NCBI GenBank assembly: GCA_051889975.1
Contig: JBJFDJ010000026.1
Coordinates: 1-37,892, forward strand
DNA from: Christensenellales bacterium
GTDB taxonomy: Bacteria > Bacillota > Clostridia > Christensenellales > UBA1242
Direction: 5' to 3'
DNA length: 37,892 nt
Positions 1 to 8,901 of the stretch are shown in pieces. The number at the start of each line of letters is the position of its first letter. Position 1 is the first letter of the stretch. Under the pieces are notes generated by a model. The model saw nothing but the letters and a program-made list of their open reading frames with translations. It did not search any database and was not told the origin of the DNA. Made by a program: the position numbers and the translations under genes.

Positions 1-1
1 T

Positions 2-358
2 TGGTGGAGACGGCGAGAATTGAACTCGCGTCCGAAAATACTTCCTTCACCCCTTCTACATACTTATTCCATTTTGGTCTTGTTGCAAAAACAGATGGAC
101 AAAAGTTGTTTGCAACACAGTTCTTTAATTAAACTTTAACAATTAGAACAGCACCGTTAAAGTTTTACTCACGGGTTATAATACTCTCATTATCTTTGTG
201 AGAAAGACAAAGGAGCAACGCGTTGCTAAACTAAATTAGCAAGCAGCGTAAGCCATTCTTGGGCTTGCATTTATATTTATTTGCTATTTTTGACGCAGTA
301 TGCCCTGCGGTATGCTTGCTGGCGACATCTATAAATCCGTCGAAACCGTGTCGTCCCC
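2..358 (-). ncRNA. ssrA: tmRNA (SsrA)
   Basis: The minus strand starts 5'-GGGGACGACACGGTTTCGACGG at 358. It ends ...GGACGCGAGTTCAATTCTCGCCGTCTCCACCA at position 2. This is the canonical tRNA-like acceptor/T-arm of tmRNA, and it lies directly downstream of smpB. Confidence 0.9.
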
Positions 359-392
359 ATATAAAAAAGCATTTATTTTGCTTTTCGAGTTA

Positions 393-421
393 ATTTTAAC
401 ACAAAGTTTTGCAATTTTCAA
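393..421 (-). promoter_or_regulatory. candidate sigma-A type promoter for the ssrA precursor
   Basis: Minus strand TTGAAA (421-416), 17 nt, TAAAAT (398-393), about 35 nt upstream of the mature 5' GGGG. This implies a short processed leader. Confidence 0.45.
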
Positions 422-514
422 GCGCTTATCTTATATCAATCAACTCTTTTAAATTGTCAAAAGTTTGCAAATATGAAAATCATGTTTGTAATGATACAAT
501 TAGTATATTCAACT

Positions 515-955
515 TTAATCAAAAATGTGTCTGCTCTTTTCACGCAAAATTTCTTTTCTTTTAATTGTTTCACGCTTGTCATACAATTTTTTGCCTTTTG
601 CGATGGCAATTTCCAGTTTGACAAGATTATTTTTAAAGTAAATTTTTGTTGGAATGATGGTTATGCCATCATTTTTTGTTTCGCGCAAAAGTTTTAAAAT
701 TTCTTTTTTATTCAAAAGAAGTTTTCTGTCAATCCTTGGCTCAACAGCAAAACTTGTTGCTTTTTCATAAGGTTTGATATACAAATTTTTTAAAATGACA
801 TTTGTGCCACGAACAACAACAAAAGCGTCTTCTAGCGACACTTGATTTGTGCGCAGAGACTTAACTTCACAGCCATGCAAAACAATGCCTGCTTCAAATT
901 TGTCAAGCAAAAAATATTCAAAACTTGCCTTGCGATTATTTGCTATTATCTTCAT
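515..955 (-). CDS. smpB: SsrA-binding protein SmpB
   Basis: 146 aa, MKIIANNRKASFEYFLLDKFEAGIVLHGCEVKSLR..., full-length resemblance to the SmpB family. Adjacent to ssrA. Confidence 0.93.
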   Translation of the reverse strand: MKIIANNRKASFEYFLLDKFEAGIVLHGCEVKSLRTNQVSLEDAFVVVRGTNVILKNLYIKPYEKATSFAVEPRIDRKLLLNKKEILKLLRETKNDGITIIPTKIYFKNNLVKLEIAIAKGKKLYDKRETIKRKEILREKSRHIFD

Positions 956-1231
956 AAAATTTCAAACCTTTTTGTTAAATTTTTTTGTTTTGCAAAATGA
1001 AATTATTATCAAATATAATCTTTATGTTTTTTTAATTATATGATGTTAAAATTTGAACTAGTCAAACGCAACACCTACAACAAATTGTGTATCAATGTTT
1101 GAAATAGTGCCAAGTTGCTTGCAGACAAACTTCCATAAAATTTTAATGCCAAAACTGCACAAAATAAACAAACAAATTATGGAAAAATTTTAAAACTTAT
1201 TTTTTAATATTAAACATAATTTTTATTATGA

Positions 1232-3352
1232 TTATTTGCTTATTTCATTTTCTTCAAACAAAACAAAATCTATGTTGCGTTCTTCCAAGCTAACGCTTTC
1301 AAGTTTAACCTTAACTTTGTCGCCAAGTTTAAAGGTGTAATGTGGGTTATATAGAGTTAAATTTTTGCTGTTAAACACATAGTCCCCACCCTTTAAAGAT
1401 GCAATGCTAACAAGTCCTTCAACAGTGTTGTCTAGTTTAACAAAAAAGCCAAAATTCGTTACGCTGTCAATTGTGGCGTCAAAAACTTCGCCAATTTTAT
1501 CACGCATATAACGGCATTTAAAATAGTCGTCAACATCTCTTTCTGCCTTTTGCGCAAGCACTTCTCTTTCACTGCTTTGTGAACTTGCTTTAACAACAAA
1601 TTGTTTTAATTGTCTAATTTTTGTTGCATTTAAATTGCCGTGCAAACTATCTTTTATTATTCTGTGTATAGTTAAATCTGGATAACGGCGAATTGGTGAT
1701 GTAAAGTGGCAATAATATGGAGCTGCCAAGCCAAAATGTCCCAAACAATCACTGCTGTATTGTGCTTTTTGCATTGAGCGCAACAACACGCTGTTTATGA
1801 TTTCTCGCATATCGCCGTCTGGCAACTCTGCCATAAATTGTTGAACTTCTCGTGGCTCTAGTTTTTCGCCTTTTGCTTGCAATTTATAACCCAGTGCTCC
1901 TACAAAGTCGTTAAATGCTTCTATTTTGTCATTTTGTGGTGCTTCGTGCACACGATAAACAAAAGGAATATTGAGTTTTTTAAAATGCTCTGCAACAACT
2001 TCATTTGCAACAAGCATAAAACTTTCAATAAGTCGTTCGCTAACTGTTCGTGGTCTTTCAGTTAAACTTACAACTTCCAAGGTCTTTGGATCCAAAATTA
2101 TTTTTGCTTCTGGAATGTCAAAGTTGATTTCGCCACGGCGTCTTCTGTTTTCTTCCAAAATATCATTTAACTGAGCCATCATCATAAGTGTTGGCACAAT
2201 TTTTTGATATCTTTCGTTTAGTTCCTTGTCACCATCAATGATTTTTGTAACATTTGCATAGGTCATTCGTTCACAACTATTAATTATGCTTTCGCAAATC
2301 TTATGCTCCAAAATCTTGCCATTTTTGTCAATTTTGCAAATGCAACTTAATGTAAGACGGTCTTCGTGTGGGTTGAGTGAGCAAATTCCGTTAGACAACT
2401 CCCTTGGAAGCATTGGCAAAACTGCGTTTGGAAAATACACACTTGTGCCACGCTCAAAAGCCTCGTCATCAAGTTTTGAGCCGGCTTTAACATATTCGCC
2501 AACATCGGCAATATGAACACCTAAAATGAAATTTTCGCCTTGTTTTGTAAGGCTGACTGCATCATCAAAATCTTTTGTGTCATCGCCATCAATTGTAAAA
2601 ATAATTTCATTGCGCAAATCCAATCTGTTTGGAAATTTGCTTGCGTCAACGCTTTGTGGAAGTGATTTTGCGCTGTTTAACAACTCTTTGCTAAACTCTT
2701 CTATTAGTTCATAACTTCTAACAATAGACAAAACATCAGTGTTTATGTCGCCCTTGCCACTGCCCAAAATTTCAATTACACTGCCCTTTAAACTCTTGCC
2801 TTCAAAACTATCAATTTGAACAAAGACTTTGTCGCCAGTTTTTGCCTTTAAACTGTCTGCTTTTTTTATGTAAACGTCCTTAAAAATCTTTTTGTTATCT
2901 GGCACAACAAAGCAAAATTTTTCATATACCTGAATTGTTCCAACCAAAGTTCTTAAACCATGTTTTAAAACTTTTACAACAACTCCTTCTCTTCTGCCGT
3001 CTCGGTCATTTGTTTGCACCTTAATTAAAACTCTGTCACTGTGCATTGCACCATTTAAATTTGCATTTGCAACAAAAACATCATCTTTTGTTTTGTCATC
3101 AAAAACACAAAAACAAAAACCCTTGCTGTTGCCGTTAAGTGTGCCAATTTGATAGCCTAGTTCACTTGAAACATACAAACAGCCCTTTTTGTCGGTGAAT
3201 AATTCGCCATCGACTTCCAAATCATACACAAGTTTGTTTATCTCGTCAAAACTAACACTGTAAATATCACTCAATCTGCTGGCGACAATTCTGCGAGGCC
3301 TGCCAGTTAATTTTTGCTTTTTTATCTGCATTAAAATATTTTCTTTTTCCAT
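1232..3352 (-). CDS. rnr: ribonuclease R
   Basis: 706 aa with an RNB catalytic core (IDGDDTKDFDDAVS, HFGLAAPYYCHFTSPIRRYPDL) and a C-terminal S1 domain (GEVFDATIDSVTNFGFFVKL). rnr-smpB-ssrA synteny as in Bacillus. Confidence 0.93.
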   Translation of the reverse strand: MEKENILMQIKKQKLTGRPRRIVASRLSDIYSVSFDEINKLVYDLEVDGELFTDKKGCLYVSSELGYQIGTLNGNSKGFCFCVFDDKTKDDVFVANANLNGAMHSDRVLIKVQTNDRDGRREGVVVKVLKHGLRTLVGTIQVYEKFCFVVPDNKKIFKDVYIKKADSLKAKTGDKVFVQIDSFEGKSLKGSVIEILGSGKGDINTDVLSIVRSYELIEEFSKELLNSAKSLPQSVDASKFPNRLDLRNEIIFTIDGDDTKDFDDAVSLTKQGENFILGVHIADVGEYVKAGSKLDDEAFERGTSVYFPNAVLPMLPRELSNGICSLNPHEDRLTLSCICKIDKNGKILEHKICESIINSCERMTYANVTKIIDGDKELNERYQKIVPTLMMMAQLNDILEENRRRRGEINFDIPEAKIILDPKTLEVVSLTERPRTVSERLIESFMLVANEVVAEHFKKLNIPFVYRVHEAPQNDKIEAFNDFVGALGYKLQAKGEKLEPREVQQFMAELPDGDMREIINSVLLRSMQKAQYSSDCLGHFGLAAPYYCHFTSPIRRYPDLTIHRIIKDSLHGNLNATKIRQLKQFVVKASSQSSEREVLAQKAERDVDDYFKCRYMRDKIGEVFDATIDSVTNFGFFVKLDNTVEGLVSIASLKGGDYVFNSKNLTLYNPHYTFKLGDKVKVKLESVSLEERNIDFVLFEENEISK

Positions 3353-3370
3353 AATTTCCTCAATTTAAAA

Positions 3371-3392
3371 AATGACTCAAATTAGAGTCATT
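3371..3392 (-). terminator. rho-independent terminator after secG
   Basis: Stem AATGACTC (3371-3378) / GAGTCATT (3385-3392) with a 6-nt loop. On the minus strand it is followed by TTTTTTAAATT. Confidence 0.6.
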
Positions 3393-3401
3393 TGTTTTTT
3401 G

Positions 3402-3719
3402 TTATACAAGTGAAATTGTAATTGCCCATGTTATCCAAAACACAACAACAAGAACGGCAATTGAAATGCCACAAACAATAATTGCTTTTTTTAACCTTCC
3501 TTCCTTGCTAGAACCTTGATTTTTGGCATAAAAGCTATCACTTTGACCACTGATGACATTTGTTCCACCATCGGCATTGCTTTCCATGCACATAACAATA
3601 GCTATTATGGCAATTGCAAGCAAGGCAATTAAAATCATACAAATAACTCTTATAACAGGGAAACCTTCTGAAATAAAAGGTGATACTGGGTTTGATGCGT
3701 CTAACAATAAATTTAACAT
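3402..3719 (-). CDS. secG: preprotein translocase subunit SecG (with N-terminal extension)
   Basis: Two TM helices flank a Gly/Ser-rich loop (ESNADGGTNVISGQSDSFYAKNQGSSKEGRLKK), the SecG pattern. AGAGGA SD lies upstream of the ATG at 3719. The position upstream of rnr matches B. subtilis. Confidence 0.72.
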   Translation of the reverse strand: MLNLLLDASNPVSPFISEGFPVIRVICMILIALLAIAIIAIVMCMESNADGGTNVISGQSDSFYAKNQGSSKEGRLKKAIIVCGISIAVLVVVFWITWAITISLV

Positions 3720-3872
3720 AAAAAAAATCCTCTAATTTATTAACTGAAAAATTATAACATATAAAAAATAATTTTTCAACTATTTATTTGTTAAATATAA
3801 AAATCTTTAAAAAATAATTAAAAAAATTAAAATAAAATGTAAAAAAAAGTTTTTAAGAAAAACTTAAAAACT

Positions 3873-4085
3873 TTAAATTGCAACATATAAAACAGCAATT
3901 AACATACTTAAAAAACAAGAAATAAACCAGCCCCAAGCAATTGGATGAGTATCATTTTTTTTGCGAACGCTTTTTAAAAGACAAAAAGCAGACATCCCAA
4001 AAAATGCCAGACAAATTATACATCTAACTGAATAATCAACATTTCTTATTAAAGTATTAAATATAGAATTTAAAAATGCTAACAT
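3873..4085 (-). CDS. small hypothetical membrane protein (2 TM)
   Basis: 70-aa ORF with two hydrophobic helices. AAGGTG SD about 7 nt upstream of the ATG. A weak A/T hairpin plus T-run (3847-3865) lies downstream. No family recognised. Confidence 0.5.
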   Translation of the reverse strand: MLAFLNSIFNTLIRNVDYSVRCIICLAFFGMSAFCLLKSVRKKNDTHPIAWGWFISCFLSMLIAVLYVAI

Positions 4086-4261
4086 AATTACACCTTATTT
4101 ATTTTTTTATTTATTATATATCATGGCAAGACAAAAGTCAATATTGCTTTTTATATTTATTTTTTTGATATTTTTTGCAAACACTATGAGCAAAAACTGC
4201 AAATATAATTGGCGCCAATATAATTTTTAAATAAAATTTAAGTATTCTAATATGAGCATTT

Positions 4262-4960
4262 TTAAATATTATCCAAAATTTCAACTATTTGTGCTGGATT
4301 AAGACTTGCAGAGCCAACCAAAGCACCATCAACGCCTTTTGCATTTGCAATTTGAGTGTAATTGCTTTTGTTAAAACTTCCACCATAAAGCACTTTTTGG
4401 CACTTTGAAGCTGACTTAATATGCATGCAAATTTCACTTATATGTTTTGAGGGTGGCACATCGCCAGTGCCAATTGCCCAAATTGGCTCATAAGCAATAA
4501 TCACTTTTTTTGCATCAATTCCACTTAAAATCAAACCCAATTCTTCTTTGACATATCTTTTTGCATAATTGATATCTTTTTTAATTTCTTCGCCAACACA
4601 AATAATTGGTGTGATTTCATTTTCAATCAACAATTTTGCTTTTTGATTGATTTTTGCAAGTGTTTCAAGGTGATATTTTTTTTGCTCGCTGTGACCAACA
4701 ATGCAAAACTCTGCACCCACATTTTTTAACATACTTGCACTGATGTCGCCCGTGTATGCACCACTTTGTTTTTCAAAAACATTTTGTCCACCAACTTTCA
4801 CACCAAATTTCTTTTTTAATCTGCCATAATCTTTTATGTTGCAAAAATTTGGACAAATAATCAAATTTTCATAATATTTATTTTTAAGCGCTTTTCTATA
4901 TAACTTTGATGGCAACAAATTCATCTTTAAGTTGCACACCAACAAAAAATCTTTTTTCAT
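4262..4960 (-). CDS. tpiA: triosephosphate isomerase
   Basis: 232 aa with TIM signatures NLKMN, VGHSE and AYEPIWAIGTG. Follows pgk after an 8-nt gap. Confidence 0.93.
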   Translation of the reverse strand: MKKDFLLVCNLKMNLLPSKLYRKALKNKYYENLIICPNFCNIKDYGRLKKKFGVKVGGQNVFEKQSGAYTGDISASMLKNVGAEFCIVGHSEQKKYHLETLAKINQKAKLLIENEITPIICVGEEIKKDINYAKRYVKEELGLILSGIDAKKVIIAYEPIWAIGTGDVPPSKHISEICMHIKSASKCQKVLYGGSFNKSNYTQIANAKGVDGALVGSASLNPAQIVEILDNI

Positions 4961-4968
4961 AAGTTCAC

Positions 4969-6153
4969 CTATTTATCTTGCAAAACACTTATTGCAGGAA
5001 GCTCCTTGCCTTCTAAAAGTTTTAAACTTGCTCCACCACCAGTTGAAACATGCGTAAATTTGTCTTGCAATCCAATATCTTCAACTGCGCTTACAACATC
5101 GCCACCACCAATAACTGATGTGCATTTTTTATTTTTTGCAATCAAACTGGCAACTGACTTTGTTCCGTTGCTAAAAATTTCTTTTTCATACACGCCAAGT
5201 GGACCATTCCAAACAACAGTTTTTGCACTTTTGATGTATTTTTTAAATAATTTAACTGTTTTTGGACCAATATCCAGCCCCATATAATCGGCTGGAATTT
5301 TGCCCAATTTAAATATTTCGGCATTGCCATCATCGTCAATGTTTTTTGCACAAACAAAGTCAACTGGCAAAATAATTTTTACCTTGTTATTTATTGCTTG
5401 CTTTATAATTTCGTAGCAAAACTCTATTTTTTCATTGTCAACAAGTGATGCGCCAACTTCGCCTTTTATGGCCTTTATAAAAGTAAAGCACATTCCACCA
5501 CCAATTAAAATGACATCAACTTTGTTTAACAAGTTTTTAACAACATCTATTTTGTCGCCAATTTTTGCGCCACCCAGCACTGCAACAAAAGGTCTTTGTG
5601 GGCAAGACAAAATCTTGTCAAAGTTGTCAAGTTCCTTTTGCACCAAAAAGCCTGCAACACTAGGAAGTTTTTTTGCAATCCCAAAAGTTGATGCATGTTT
5701 GCGATGACTTGTGCCAAACGCATCAAAGACAAAAATGTCGGCAAGTTTTGAAAGCCCTTGCACCATTTCTTCGCTGTTTTGTTCTTCGCCTGCTTCAAAT
5801 CTTAAATTTTCCAACAGCAAAAGTTCGTTTGACTTTAAGTTATTTGCCAATTTTTCGGCTTTTTCGCCAACTGCCTCACTACAAAAATACATTGTAACAT
5901 CTGGCAACAAGCGTTTTAATTCTTCAAAAACTGGTTTTAGCGAATATTTTGCAACTCTTTTGCCATCCGGTCTGCCAAAATGAGAACAAACAATCACTTT
6001 TGCCTTGTGTTCAAGCAAATATTTTATTGTTGGCAATGCTTCGACAATTCGTTTGTTGCTTGTGATGACGCCATCTTTCATTGGCACATTAAAATCAACT
6101 CTAAGCAAAACTCTTTTTTCATAAACATCAATATCTAAAACACTTTTTTTCAT
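4969..6153 (-). CDS. pgk: phosphoglycerate kinase
   Basis: 394 aa; RVDFNVP, SHFGRP, GGAKIGDKI and STGGGASL motifs are typical of Pgk. Confidence 0.95.
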   Translation of the reverse strand: MKKSVLDIDVYEKRVLLRVDFNVPMKDGVITSNKRIVEALPTIKYLLEHKAKVIVCSHFGRPDGKRVAKYSLKPVFEELKRLLPDVTMYFCSEAVGEKAEKLANNLKSNELLLLENLRFEAGEEQNSEEMVQGLSKLADIFVFDAFGTSHRKHASTFGIAKKLPSVAGFLVQKELDNFDKILSCPQRPFVAVLGGAKIGDKIDVVKNLLNKVDVILIGGGMCFTFIKAIKGEVGASLVDNEKIEFCYEIIKQAINNKVKIILPVDFVCAKNIDDDGNAEIFKLGKIPADYMGLDIGPKTVKLFKKYIKSAKTVVWNGPLGVYEKEIFSNGTKSVASLIAKNKKCTSVIGGGDVVSAVEDIGLQDKFTHVSTGGGASLKLLEGKELPAISVLQDK

Positions 6154-7802
6154 TCAACAGCTTCTCCTTTATTAAATAACTCTGACAAATTAACATTTAT
6201 ATCATTAAAATCATTGCCAATTTCATCAAATTGATTGGTTATATTTAAAAAACAAGAATATTTTTCTTTGCTATTTGACTTTTGCAATTGCATAACCATA
6301 CGCTTTTTTTGGTTGTTTTTTACTTCGGTTATAAAGCTGGTGCATTGCATAACACCCTCAACAACTTCGTCAAAGTTGAAAGAGAAATTTTCATTAAAGA
6401 TATTAAAATAGATTTGTCTAAAAGCATTTGTTATGTTGACAATTTCATCACAAAGATTTTGCATAACTTCAATTTGAGTTTTTGTAAAAGGCACAGGCTT
6501 TGCATCTAATATGGTGCTGTCAACAATTTCGGTTAAATTGTGCACGACTCTTTCATAATTTTGACAAACATCCAAAAGCACACTTAAACATTTTACATCT
6601 TGTTCACTTATTCCACCTGTGCTTATTTTTATTGAACTATCTTTTATTGATTGATTGTAAACCGACAAATTTTCTAGTTGTCTTTTCAAGCTTTCATGTT
6701 GTTGAAGTGTGATTTTGTTTAAATAGTTTTTAAAATCAAACGTCCATAATTTTAACTTATCAAAACCATTTATCATACCTTGATTGATGCTTTTTATGGC
6801 AAGTGTTGGAATTTCCACTTCGTTTGAACTCAACGCAAAGACATCTTGATTTGATTTGTGCTTTGTAAACATCTTGTTAAAGATTTTTGTGATGGAATTT
6901 GTCCAAGGCAAGAGCAAAATTGCAGTTGCAAGGTTAAAAATTATGTTTATTAAAATGATTGCAACACTTGGTTGCAGTGATAATAGCAAATCCGTCCAGT
7001 GAAAGATGTGCAAAAGCCCAAAGACAAGTGTTCCAAATATGTTAAACAGCAAATGAAACATTGCAACTCTTTTGCCATCTGCATTGCTGTTGAGTGAAAC
7101 AATCAAGGCAGTTGCGCAAGTGCCAATGTTAGCGCCATAAACAACAAATGCAACGGACTCTAGCGACATAACCGAATAGGCACTGCCCATGCCGGCAAGG
7201 GCAATCAAAATTGCCATTGTTCCCAAAGAACTTTGCGTTAAGATGGTCATAACAATGCCAATCAAACACAAAAGCACAGGGTTTGTAACTGATTGAACAA
7301 AAGTTGTAAAGCCTTCTATGTTTTGAAAAATTGCTGTTGCTTCGTCAATAAGTAACATTCCAGCAAACAAAAGTCCCAAACCAATGAGCACCGAGCCAAT
7401 TTCTTTTGTCGTCTTTTTTTTGCCAAATATTTTAACGATGACGCCAACCAAAACAAACACGCTTAAAATTTCAACAGCATTTATTGATTTAAACGAAAGC
7501 AAAACTGCCGTCAAAGTTGTTCCCACATTGCTACCAATTATCATTGAAACTGCTTGATACAACAAAATGATGCCACTTGATGCAAATCCCACAAACATAA
7601 TTGACGATGCAGTTGAACTTTGCAACAAAAAAGTTGTAACAAGCCCAAACCCAAAACTTTGAAAGCGATTTTTAGAAAACTTGTTTATAAATTTTCTAAC
7701 CTTACCACCTGCAACTTTTTCTAGGCCCGAGCTCATCACACTTACGCCATATAACAAAATGCCAAGTCCTGCTAAAAAATAAAAAATCCCTTTTGCCAGC
7801 AT
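6150..7802 (-). CDS. Na+/phosphate cotransporter family protein (NptA-like with PhoU-like C-terminal domain)
   Basis: Polytopic N-terminal half with duplicated GSNVGTT / GANIGTC motifs, followed by a soluble helical C-terminal half. The ORF track starts at GTG 7814. The ATG at 7802 has GGAG 6 nt upstream and is preferred. The TGA stop overlaps the pgk ATG (ATGA). Confidence 0.8.
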   Translation of the reverse strand: MLAKGIFYFLAGLGILLYGVSVMSSGLEKVAGGKVRKFINKFSKNRFQSFGFGLVTTFLLQSSTASSIMFVGFASSGIILLYQAVSMIIGSNVGTTLTAVLLSFKSINAVEILSVFVLVGVIVKIFGKKKTTKEIGSVLIGLGLLFAGMLLIDEATAIFQNIEGFTTFVQSVTNPVLLCLIGIVMTILTQSSLGTMAILIALAGMGSAYSVMSLESVAFVVYGANIGTCATALIVSLNSNADGKRVAMFHLLFNIFGTLVFGLLHIFHWTDLLLSLQPSVAIILINIIFNLATAILLLPWTNSITKIFNKMFTKHKSNQDVFALSSNEVEIPTLAIKSINQGMINGFDKLKLWTFDFKNYLNKITLQQHESLKRQLENLSVYNQSIKDSSIKISTGGISEQDVKCLSVLLDVCQNYERVVHNLTEIVDSTILDAKPVPFTKTQIEVMQNLCDEIVNITNAFRQIYFNIFNENFSFNFDEVVEGVMQCTSFITEVKNNQKKRMVMQLQKSNSKEKYSCFLNITNQFDEIGNDFNDINVNLSELFNKGEAVE

Positions 7803-7928
7803 CACACTCTCCACTATTATTTTATATCAAAAATTAATATTTTACAAACTATTAACTAACTTTTTATTTAATTTTGATATTTTGTCTTAATTTAAGTGTT
7901 TGATGTGATAACAAAAGGAAATTAAATT

Positions 7929-8852
7929 TTACATAAAATTTTCATCTAAAATTTTAAAAACATCTTCAACTTTTTCGCACTGCATAAGTTCTAGTTTTAA
8001 TTGATTTGGAATATTTTCGCCCTTAAAATATTGTAACAAGTGTTTTCGCATATTTGTTACAACAAAATGTTCGTCATAGTGTTGCATTAAAATTTGATAT
8101 TGCTCTTTTATTGTTTGCAACCTATCATATTCCATATTATAGCCAAGCAATTCACAAAATATTTTTGGGTTGCCAACTGCTCCTCTGCCAATCATAACTG
8201 CATCTGCTTTTGTAATATCCAAAATTTTTTGATAATCAGCCCGATTGCAAACATCACCATTTGCAACAACCGGAATTTTAACTGCCCTTTTAACTTCTGC
8301 TATTGCCAAATAATCAGCCTTGCCCGAATATCCTTGGCTTGTCAACCTCCCATGAACCGTGATGGCACTTGCTCCTGCGTTTTCCATTTCTTTTGCAAAT
8401 TCAACTGCAACATTTTTATCAAAACCAAGTCTCATTTTAACAGTGACGGGCTTGTTTGTTGACTTAACTGCCGTCTCAACAATGCGTTTTGCAAGCCCAA
8501 TTTGAGTCATCAAATAACTGCCTTCGCCATTTTTGATTATCTTTGGCGCAGGACAGCCCATATTTATGTCAATGATGTCAAAATCATTTAAAACTGGATG
8601 ATTTATTGCTTCGGCAATCACTTCTGGTTCGTGGCCAAAAAGTTGAACGGCTTTTATGTCTTCTAGTGGCGAAGTGATTAACAATTGTTTTGTCTTTTCG
8701 CTGTCATAAATAAGACCTTTTGCACTTATCATTTCGGTTGTTGTTAAGCCAGCGCCATATTTTTTGCACAAATGTCTAAAAGCAACATCAGTATACCCTG
8801 CCATGGGTGCTAAAAACAAATTGTTTTTTGTAACTATATCTTTTATCTTCAT
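7929..8852 (-). CDS. dus: tRNA-dihydrouridine synthase
   Basis: 307 aa; LAPMAGYTDVAFR, DINMGCP and TVHGR motifs of the Dus family. Confidence 0.9.
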   Translation of the reverse strand: MKIKDIVTKNNLFLAPMAGYTDVAFRHLCKKYGAGLTTTEMISAKGLIYDSEKTKQLLITSPLEDIKAVQLFGHEPEVIAEAINHPVLNDFDIIDINMGCPAPKIIKNGEGSYLMTQIGLAKRIVETAVKSTNKPVTVKMRLGFDKNVAVEFAKEMENAGASAITVHGRLTSQGYSGKADYLAIAEVKRAVKIPVVANGDVCNRADYQKILDITKADAVMIGRGAVGNPKIFCELLGYNMEYDRLQTIKEQYQILMQHYDEHFVVTNMRKHLLQYFKGENIPNQLKLELMQCEKVEDVFKILDENFM

Positions 8853-8901
8853 GCTTTAATTTTACAACACATCAAAATTTTTTACCAGCAAAAAACTTAA
8901 A

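Noticed and set aside
473-697. 74-aa plus-strand ORF overlapping smpB
   Set aside because: It lies entirely antisense to a well-supported smpB, has Phe/Ile-rich low-complexity translation, and has no SD.
4208-4219. GC-rich perfect palindrome ATTGGCGCCAAT downstream of tpiA
   Set aside because: It has no loop and no adjacent T-run, so it is not a convincing terminator. A single occurrence is too short to interpret.
4123-4230. 35-codon plus-strand ORF encoding a hydrophobic peptide (MARQKSILLFIFIFLIFFANTMSKNCKYNWRQYNF), superficially like a type I toxin
   Set aside because: No SD or recognisable promoter. T-rich DNA produces Phe/Ile/Leu runs by chance, and it overlaps the likely promoter region of the 3873-4085 gene. 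Worth a look only if transcript data exist.
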